64,000 nucleotides of DNA from an uncultured Chloroflexia bacterium. Its GTDB lineage: Bacteria; Chloroflexota; Anaerolineae; Anaerolineales; Anaerolineaceae. The notes beneath the pieces are model-generated. The model saw nothing but the letters and a program-made list of their open reading frames with translations, was not told where the DNA came from and did not search any database. The DNA lies in contig CAVXXH010000004.1 in assembly GCA_963765655.1 (NCBI GenBank), forward strand, positions 21,040-85,039. The letters are read 5' to 3'. Shown here one piece after another: positions 57,434 through 64,000 of this stretch (position 1 is its first letter; each line of letters starts with the position of its first letter). Made by a program: the position numbers and the translations under genes.

Positions 57434-58270
57434 TTATAGTTTGGAGAGTAATCCCTGAATGATAGTTGTTAGTCTGGGAGCCAATACTTTACCAGCTTCC
57501 AACACTTCATCATGGGTTGTAGTCGTGGAACCATCCAGGTTGGCTTTATTGCTGATACCTGATATACCTAATACACGTAGACCACCATGCCGGGCGATAA
57601 TAACTTCAGGAACTGTAGACATTCCAACCGCGTCAGCTCCAATCGCCTTCAAAAACCGAAGATCTGCAGGTGATTCAAATGATGGTCCAGACAAGGAAAC
57701 ATACACACCAGAAAATGTTTTGATGTTGTTTTCATCCGCAACCTTTTTTGCGTGATGATAGAGAACCTGATCATAAGCCTGACTCATATCTGGAAACCTG
57801 GGTCCAAATTCATCCAGATTTGGACCACGCAGAGGGTTGTTTCCAGTCATTGCAATCATTGCAATGTGATCGGATAAAAACATAACATCACCGGGAACAT
57901 ATTCCGGATTAATAGCTCCTGCTGCATTGGTAACAATTAATATTTCGACTCCCAATCTTTGCATAACTCTGACCGGTAAAGTGACTTCCGCCATGCTATA
58001 ACCTTCATAGTAATGTGCTCTACCTTGCATAGTGATAACCGTCTGGCCTTCAAGTTTTCCAATCACCAATTGTCCAGTATGACCATGTACAGTCGATGTG
58101 GGCCAATAAGGAATATTTTTATATGGAATATAATCAGGTTCTTCAATTGAATTGGCTAAATCACCCAAACCAGAACCCAGAATCAGCCCTACTTTCGGTT
58201 GATATTTTGTTAAGTTTCGAATAGCCTGAGCTACCTCATCGATTTCAGCGAGAGTAAAATATTCCTTCAT
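57434..58270 (-). CDS. punA: Purine nucleoside phosphorylase (trimeric PunA type)
   Basis: Start at MKEYFT (GGAGG SD upstream). GLILGSGLG, MQGRAHYYEG, TNAAGAINP, GPSFESPAD and VGMSTVPE. Confidence 0.9.
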   Translation of the reverse strand: MKEYFTLAEIDEVAQAIRNLTKYQPKVGLILGSGLGDLANSIEEPDYIPYKNIPYWPTSTVHGHTGQLVIGKLEGQTVITMQGRAHYYEGYSMAEVTLPVRVMQRLGVEILIVTNAAGAINPEYVPGDVMFLSDHIAMIAMTGNNPLRGPNLDEFGPRFPDMSQAYDQVLYHHAKKVADENNIKTFSGVYVSLSGPSFESPADLRFLKAIGADAVGMSTVPEVIIARHGGLRVLGISGISNKANLDGSTTTTHDEVLEAGKVLAPRLTTIIQGLLSKL

Positions 58271-58411
58271 AAATAACCTCCACAGTCTGTTGTGAGATTG
58301 AATACTATCAATTAACAAAAAGAATTATTTCGCGTCTGACTTGAAATCAATTCCTTGTATTAATATGTATTAAATTATATCAGAATATAAATATAGGCTT
58401 GAGCAAGGACC

Positions 58412-59446
58412 TTAATCGGACATGATCTTCAAAAAAATATCAGACACTTCAACAATATCATTATCAGAAATTCCATAATGTGTCACCAATCGGAAACCTC
58501 TGTTTTTTGATGTGCCAATTAAAACGCTCATATTTTTTAATTCTTCGATTACCTGGATATTGGTCCTGGGATCACTATCAGCCAGGTCAATGAAAACCAT
58601 ATTTGTCTGGGGTGAATTTTCTCGCACATGAATATTGGGAACATATCGTAGTTTCCCTGCCAGAAGCTGTGCCCGTTGGTGATCCTCTTCCAGACGATCC
58701 ACCATCGTTTCTAATGCAACAATACCTGCAGCTGCTAAAATTCCAGCCTGACGCATTCCCCCGCCCAATTGTTTTCGAATTCGACGAGCTCTGGATATGA
58801 AATCCCTGGTTCCGCTCAACACACTTCCAACTGGCGCTCCCAGTCCTTTACTCAGACAAAATGTAACCGAGTCTACGCCATCTACCAAATTATGAACTGG
58901 TATTCCCAGTTTGATGGCTGCATTAAAAATTCTTGCGCCATCCATGTGTACAAATAACCCATTACCCTTTGCGAATTTCACTACATTTTGGATGTATTCA
59001 GGCGTTAAAACCACGCCACCACACCGGTTATGAGTATTTTCAAGCGCAATTAACCTGGTAGTTGGAAAATGTACATCCTCGGCTCTCAGCGCATTTTGCA
59101 AATCCGATAATTTCATCGTTCCATCTGCTTGATTTGGAACAGTATGAACCATAATGCCACCCAGCGCAGATACACCACCGACCTCGTAATAAAAAGTATG
59201 AGCCTGATCGCCCATGATGGCTTCATCGCCTCTTTGGCAATGGGTTAAAAATGCGATGAGATTACCCATTGTGCCAGAAGGAATAAATAACCCTGCTTCT
59301 TTACCCATTCTATCAGCTGAAATTGCCTCCAATCGATTTATGGAAGGATCTTCTCCATAGACATCATCACCAACATCAGCAAGCGCCATAACTTTCCGCA
59401 TCGCTTCAGTTGGAAGTGTTACAGTGTCAGATCGCAAATCTATCAT
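58412..59446 (-). CDS. ltaE: Low-specificity L-threonine aldolase
   Basis: IDLRSDTVTLPT, GTMGNL, HMDGAR and CLSKGLGAPVGS (PLP lysine). Confidence 0.88.
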   Translation of the reverse strand: MIDLRSDTVTLPTEAMRKVMALADVGDDVYGEDPSINRLEAISADRMGKEAGLFIPSGTMGNLIAFLTHCQRGDEAIMGDQAHTFYYEVGGVSALGGIMVHTVPNQADGTMKLSDLQNALRAEDVHFPTTRLIALENTHNRCGGVVLTPEYIQNVVKFAKGNGLFVHMDGARIFNAAIKLGIPVHNLVDGVDSVTFCLSKGLGAPVGSVLSGTRDFISRARRIRKQLGGGMRQAGILAAAGIVALETMVDRLEEDHQRAQLLAGKLRYVPNIHVRENSPQTNMVFIDLADSDPRTNIQVIEELKNMSVLIGTSKNRGFRLVTHYGISDNDIVEVSDIFLKIMSD

Positions 59447-59460
59447 TCTTTCTCCTGTGT

Positions 59461-60381
59461 TTAGTGGTGTCGAAGTTGTTCTAATAAAAGGTTCATATCC
59501 TCTGGAAGTGCTGCCTCAAACACTCGCGGAGTTGTCTCACCCGGTAAAACAAATTCGATTCGATACGCGTGGAGCATTTGCCTACCCGCATCCAGTAATT
59601 GTTTTCGATGTCCATAAACCCGATCACCAACGATTGGACAACCTAAAAATGCCAGATGAAGCCTGATCTGGTGGGTCCTTCCGGTATGTGGAAAGGCAGC
59701 GATCAAGGCATGCTGCTCAAATTTTTCAATAACCTTATATTCTGTGACAGATTCCCGACCTCGACTGATAGGGACAATAGCCATTTGCTTGCGGTGTGAA
59801 GGATCCCTTCCTATCGGTGCCTCCACTCTACCAGTTGGTGTTGGAGGAAAGCCATCTGTCAAAGCATAATAGGTTTTATGTACACTTCTTTTTCGAAACT
59901 GATCCTGTAAAAAGCGATGAGCTTTATCATTTTTCGCCAGGAGGATTAACCCAGATGTATCTTTATCGAGTCGGTGAACAACTCCTGGGCGATGCTCCCC
60001 TCCGACACCCTCCAAATCTGGTGCATAATTGAGTGCTGCATGCACCAGCGTTCCAGAAAGGTGTCCTGAGGCAGGATGAACAACCATCCCGGCTGGTTTA
60101 TTAACAATCATCAAATCAGAGTTCTCAAAAACAATATCGAGTGGAATCTGTTCCGGAACAAGGCCACTTTCTACAATCGGAGGGATCGTAATGGAAATTT
60201 CACTCCCTTTTTCGATGTTTATACCACCTTTTAATACTGGTTTTCCGTTAACAGAAACCATACCTCCACGAATAAATGACTGTAGTCGGGATCGTGAGAA
60301 ATCCGGAAATTGATCAACAAGATATTTATCCAGACGTTGGCTTTCGGGTAAATCAAATTTTAAATTAAAAACATTATTCAT
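59461..60381 (-). CDS. rluD: 23S rRNA pseudouridine synthase, RluD/RluA family
   Basis: An S4-like N-terminus (RLDKYL), HRLDKDTSGLILLAK and HQIRLHLA. Confidence 0.9.
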   Translation of the reverse strand: MNNVFNLKFDLPESQRLDKYLVDQFPDFSRSRLQSFIRGGMVSVNGKPVLKGGINIEKGSEISITIPPIVESGLVPEQIPLDIVFENSDLMIVNKPAGMVVHPASGHLSGTLVHAALNYAPDLEGVGGEHRPGVVHRLDKDTSGLILLAKNDKAHRFLQDQFRKRSVHKTYYALTDGFPPTPTGRVEAPIGRDPSHRKQMAIVPISRGRESVTEYKVIEKFEQHALIAAFPHTGRTHQIRLHLAFLGCPIVGDRVYGHRKQLLDAGRQMLHAYRIEFVLPGETTPRVFEAALPEDMNLLLEQLRHH

Positions 60382-60387
60382 AACTAC

Positions 60388-60948
60388 TCAGACTTTTTCC
60401 AACAAATCAGTATCATTTTCGAGTTGAGTTTCCTGATTTAAACCTTTTTTCTTCTTTTCCTCAATCTCAGCGATCCAAACACCTAAGATCAAAACAACCA
60501 CACCGATCGTGATACTTGCATCGGCAATATTCCAAACCGGAAAATTTCCAACAGAAACAAAGTCTGTTACATGCCCAATCGTCAATCGATCGATCAGATT
60601 ACCTAATGCGCCACTGAGTTGTAAACTCATCGCCAATCTCAATGACCAATCTGATTCTGGCACTCTGGGGAAGTAGAAAATAATTATCAGGGCAACAATA
60701 ATTGCAACGATGGAAAAAATATCACCAAATCCCTGAAACATGCCAAAAGCAACACCCGTGTTTGGTACATGTACAATTCTTACGTAAGGCAACATCCAAT
60801 CCCATGGCACCCAGGTTTCCGTCCATAAATCCAGATTTTGGCGAACAAGGTATTTTGTATATTGGTCCAGGCTGATAATGGTAATCGCAGTTATTATTAA
60901 TAATGAATAAGCTCGTAATAATTTTTTCAAAAAAGACCTCATTGTCAC
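60388..60948 (-). CDS. lspA: Lipoprotein signal peptidase (SPase II)
   Basis: NTGVAFGMF, GALGNLIDRL, VTDF and FNIADASI-like WNIADASI. Confidence 0.9.
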   Translation of the reverse strand: MTMRSFLKKLLRAYSLLIITAITIISLDQYTKYLVRQNLDLWTETWVPWDWMLPYVRIVHVPNTGVAFGMFQGFGDIFSIVAIIVALIIIFYFPRVPESDWSLRLAMSLQLSGALGNLIDRLTIGHVTDFVSVGNFPVWNIADASITIGVVVLILGVWIAEIEEKKKKGLNQETQLENDTDLLEKV

Positions 60949-61058
60949 GTAAAAAACTTGTGCATTCCTGCATTCACAATTTCTACAAATTAAAATTTCC
61001 TTTTTGATTTTACCGTACTTTCAAGATTTTCTTGTGTCCTTTCAATAATTAGCAGTCA

Positions 61059-61096
61059 GGGTGTTTTTGGCAGGCGCACGCCTGCCAAAAACACCC
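61059..61096. repeat. Perfect 18-bp inverted repeat (GGGTGTTTTTGGCAGGCG ca CGCCTGCCAAAAACACCC)
   Basis: Read directly from the sequence. It lies 13 nt downstream of the DUF123 gene stop on the minus strand and is GC-richer than the surrounding AT-rich spacer. No clean U-tract follows on the minus strand. Confidence 0.85.
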
Positions 61097-61108
61097 GCTT
61101 ACCCCGTT

Positions 61109-61609
61109 TTATTGAGATGATACATTTTCTTTTGAGAATAGAAAAAGTTGACCTCCATTCGAATCTGGATGTTTTACATATTCCGAAAATTCATTAAGAT
61201 CCATCAGGAAATCCGAATACAATAAATGAGCTTTGCATGATGATAAACAATCGCTGGCACCGAACCCTTTTACAGGGACATTGAAGGCAAAATTTTCTTG
61301 AATTTTCTGACACCATACGCATTCTTGATTCGTTTGGAATGTGATAACGGCTGCTATAAAAATCATTTGAGGACGCAAATAGTCAAAATGCCAAAATTTT
61401 TTCTTTTCCCTTGAGAGATGGTGATTCATTCTAGCCCGTAATCCCCCACCACCTTTTGCACTTCCAAAGTAATAGTAATATCCTGAATCAAAGAGAAATG
61501 TTCCCAATTTACCAATCGAAACATTAATCGAATTTTTCAAGTGAAATATCAAGCAGTAACTGCCAATTTCATCTGGTATTTCACCAACAACTTCGAAATT
61601 TTTCATCAT
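61109..61609 (-). CDS. DUF123 (GIY-YIG/URI-like) domain protein
   Basis: GSYCLIFHL, YYYFGSAKGGGGLRARMNHH and FWHFDYL match the DUF123 pattern (G.Y.YVGSA...L..R..RH......HWHIDYL). Confidence 0.7.
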   Translation of the reverse strand: MMKNFEVVGEIPDEIGSYCLIFHLKNSINVSIGKLGTFLFDSGYYYYFGSAKGGGGLRARMNHHLSREKKKFWHFDYLRPQMIFIAAVITFQTNQECVWCQKIQENFAFNVPVKGFGASDCLSSCKAHLLYSDFLMDLNEFSEYVKHPDSNGGQLFLFSKENVSSQ

Positions 61610-61633
61610 AAAAAATCGGCTTTATAACTTAAA

Positions 61634-61677
61634 ATCCAGACAACCCTTCAAAAAAAGGAATTGTCTGGATTTTTTTT
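61634..61677 (-). terminator. Hairpin downstream of ileS (ATCCAGACAA-17 nt-TTGTCTGGAT) with flanking A/T runs, potentially bidirectional
   Basis: A 10-bp stem begins 19 nt after the ileS stop on the minus strand. A T7 run follows on the plus strand and TTTAAGTT follows on the minus strand. Confidence 0.5.
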
Positions 61678-61688
61678 CTTGGGATTAC

Positions 61689-64000
61689 TTACAATCTCTC
61701 GACGCCCAGTTTTACGGTTTCTCCATCAAATTCACTCTTAATCTGTGTCATTTCTGGACTCGGTTCACCTGCCACTAATTCAAGTGTTAAAGTTTCATTT
61801 TTTATATATTTAGAAAACTCATTGACAGCTTGTGCTAATTTAGGTGTTGCAGAATAAACCAATCTGATCCGGTCAGAAATTTCGAAATCGGCTGTCTTTC
61901 TTAAATCCTGAACACGCCGAACAAACTCACGAGCCAAACCTTCTAACTTAAGTTCAGGTGTGATGACCGTATCTATCGCCACGGTGACTAATTGATCTGC
62001 CTGCACAATCAAACCTTCAACTGGTTGAGTTTCTACCAACACTTCTTCAGAGGAAAGTTCGACAATTTCATCATTCACAACCACTTTTAAAGATTCATTA
62101 TTAGCAACAGCTTTATGTGCTGATGAATCTCCTTGTAATTTGGTCATTGCCTCCTTCAACGCAGGGAATCGACTTCCAAAGCGCGGACCTAACAATTTAT
62201 TGTTGGGTAAAATACGATAGCTGACCAATTTCTCGGCTTGTGAAACTGTTTCGAAGAATTTGACATTTAGCTCATCGCGAATGATCTCCACGAGAAAATC
62301 GGGAAGTTGATATTTCTGGTCAGTTGTGTACACCAATACGCGTGATAATGGCTGGCGGACCTTTAAATTAGCGCTTGCGCGTGCTCCTAAACCCAAACTG
62401 GCAATACGCCGCCCTAAATTCATTTGCACAACCAAATCACCATCCAATGCATTTTCATCCATCTGTGGATAAATGGTATGATGAATACTTTTATAAGCGT
62501 TTTCGTACATCGACCGTACCAGATTCTGATACATGACTTCTGTAACAAAAGGAACAATAGGGGCCAATAAACGGCTGAATTTAACCAGCACATGATAAAG
62601 CGTGGCATAGGCAGTATTCTTATCTGCATCATGTTCACTCTTCCAGAAACGTCGGCGGCTTCGGCGGACATACCAGTTAGTCAGATCTTCAACGAACGGT
62701 TCAATCATCAAAGTCACAGCAAACGAATCTGAGTTTTCCAGCGCTTCATTTACCCGACCGGTAATGTCATTCAAACGAGCCAGAATCCAGCGGTCTAATG
62801 GATTGTCACTGATCGGTGTTGCTCCTTCTGGTGTATGCGGATCAAAACCTTGGGTATTTGGCTGCCATCCATCCATGGAAGCATAGGTAACAAAGAAGCT
62901 GTATACATTCCAGAGCGGGATCAGAAATCCACGACGTACTTCTTCGGCTTTGTTATAACCGAAGAGCAGATTGTTTTCAGGTTTCTGGGAACAGTACATC
63001 CAGCGCATTACGTCTACACCCATCTTGTCAGCAGCTTCGTTAAATTCGATGGAATTTCCCCAGCTTTTATGCATCTCGCGTCCGTCTTCCGCCAGCACGG
63101 ACGCATAGCTGAAAACTTGTCGGAATGGTGGCGTATTATCCAGAACTGTTGCCATCACCAACAGGCTATAAAACCAGTTGCGGAACTGACCAGGGAAGGA
63201 TTCACTGATCCAGTCCGCTGGGTACCATTTGCGCCAGTTGGTTGGATCATTTCGGTAGCCAATAGTGCTGAAGCTAACAATACCGGCATCCAACCAGGGA
63301 TTGCCTACATCAGAAATACAATTCATCAGTGCGCCACATTTGGGGCAACTTATTTTGATGGCATCTACGTAAGGCCGATGTGGTGTATGTCCTTCGAATT
63401 GATCCCTTCCCTGCACAGCTCGTTCCTTCAATTCGATATCATCTCCGATAACTTCATGATGTTTACAGGAATCACAAACCCAGATTGGTAAAGCCAGACC
63501 CCAATAACGTTTCTTTGAGATCATCCAGTCGTGCATGTTCTTTAACCAGTCCAATTCACGGGCATGACCGAACTCAGGAATCCATCGAATCTGATCAACT
63601 ACATCCATGATTTGATAGCGCAGACTGCGATCTTTCTCGTCAGAAGTCAATTCCTCGCGCGGTTTGTCATAGGTTTCACCCATGCTCACGTACCATTCAT
63701 CCACCAACCGGAAGACCAATTCTGTCTTACAACGCCAGCAGGTAGGATAGCGGTGCGTATAATTTTCCACTTTGTACATGCGATTATTTTCTTCTAATGC
63801 CTTAAAGACATAAGGAGCCACTTCTGAAACATGCTTACCAGTGAATAAACCATAATGGGAAAGGAAAACACCCTCTTCATCTAGTGGTGCCAGCATGGGG
63901 AATCCATGCTCACGGCCTAACTTGAAGTCTTCGGCACCACAGCCAGGGGCAATATGTACGATACCGGTACCTTCTGCATCACCCACATCATCCCATAGAA
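61689..64000 (-). CDS. ileS: Isoleucine--tRNA ligase, C-terminal about 770 aa (5' end outside the window)
   Basis: The frame is open to the window edge. Motifs are CWRC...CDSC, the KMSKS-type MHKSWGN, an anticodon-binding domain and CPKCG. Confidence 0.92.
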   Translation of the reverse strand, partial: LWDDVGDAEGTGIVHIAPGCGAEDFKLGREHGFPMLAPLDEEGVFLSHYGLFTGKHVSEVAPYVFKALEENNRMYKVENYTHRYPTCWRCKTELVFRLVDEWYVSMGETYDKPREELTSDEKDRSLRYQIMDVVDQIRWIPEFGHARELDWLKNMHDWMISKKRYWGLALPIWVCDSCKHHEVIGDDIELKERAVQGRDQFEGHTPHRPYVDAIKISCPKCGALMNCISDVGNPWLDAGIVSFSTIGYRNDPTNWRKWYPADWISESFPGQFRNWFYSLLVMATVLDNTPPFRQVFSYASVLAEDGREMHKSWGNSIEFNEAADKMGVDVMRWMYCSQKPENNLLFGYNKAEEVRRGFLIPLWNVYSFFVTYASMDGWQPNTQGFDPHTPEGATPISDNPLDRWILARLNDITGRVNEALENSDSFAVTLMIEPFVEDLTNWYVRRSRRRFWKSEHDADKNTAYATLYHVLVKFSRLLAPIVPFVTEVMYQNLVRSMYENAYKSIHHTIYPQMDENALDGDLVVQMNLGRRIASLGLGARASANLKVRQPLSRVLVYTTDQKYQLPDFLVEIIRDELNVKFFETVSQAEKLVSYRILPNNKLLGPRFGSRFPALKEAMTKLQGDSSAHKAVANNESLKVVVNDEIVELSSEEVLVETQPVEGLIVQADQLVTVAIDTVITPELKLEGLAREFVRRVQDLRKTADFEISDRIRLVYSATPKLAQAVNEFSKYIKNETLTLELVAGEPSPEMTQIKSEFDGETVKLGVERL

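Overview
This is a 64-kb window from a low-GC bacterial chromosome (high-30s % GC by eye). The gene content suggests a Chloroflexota/Anaerolineae-like organism, but that is a low-confidence guess. No rRNA, tRNA, CRISPR array, transposase or integrase was recognised.

(1) 1-15.0 kb is an accessory-looking cluster of surface proteins. Most are type-II membrane proteins built as N-terminal cytoplasmic double zinc ribbon, polybasic stretch, one TM helix, Thr/Pro/Ser linker, then a variable ectodomain. On the + strand lie tandem plant-type LRR proteins, an FGE/SUMF1-fold protein and a LivJ-like solute-binding protein. The last LRR protein and the two proteins after it share a nearly identical anchor module even at nucleotide level. 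A convergent, tightly coupled five-gene operon on the - strand encodes PD40 beta-propeller, multi-TM, M23 peptidase lipoprotein, PEGA plus beta-propeller, and SH3 proteins.

(2) 15.2-18.8 kb is a compositionally foreign, GC-richer island. It holds a PMP-repeat beta-helix / choice-of-anchor-Q-type adhesin gene broken by several frameshifts and one in-frame TGA. The island is flanked by two ~445-bp direct repeats 2925 bp apart. Each repeat is a highly conserved AT-rich leader followed by a G-rich small-ORF remnant, and the differences between the two ORF copies are mostly synonymous.

(3) 18.8-64 kb is core chromosome: radC, parAB, an amidohydrolase, two histidine kinases plus an OmpR-type regulator, an orphan CpaF-like ATPase, a DsbA-like protein, and a translationally coupled SBP / unknown / PduO-adenosyltransferase / DUF554 set. 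It continues with secG, a PHP protein, ybaK, rtcB plus archease, an FHA-FHA-MTAP-SEDS::PBP-like cluster, tyrS, an HNH protein, an ABC exporter, lgt, a CDP-alcohol transferase, ftsK and an S1 protein. The last genes are a polytopic membrane protein with a sigma-region-4-like HTH, PNP, threonine aldolase, rluD, lspA, DUF123 and partial ileS.

The most unusual items are the shared zinc-ribbon anchor cassette family, the repeat-bounded GC island with its conserved leader and small ORF, and the SEDS polymerase fused to an apparently catalytically dead PBP domain. All functional calls rest on motif recognition by eye. No database search was possible.
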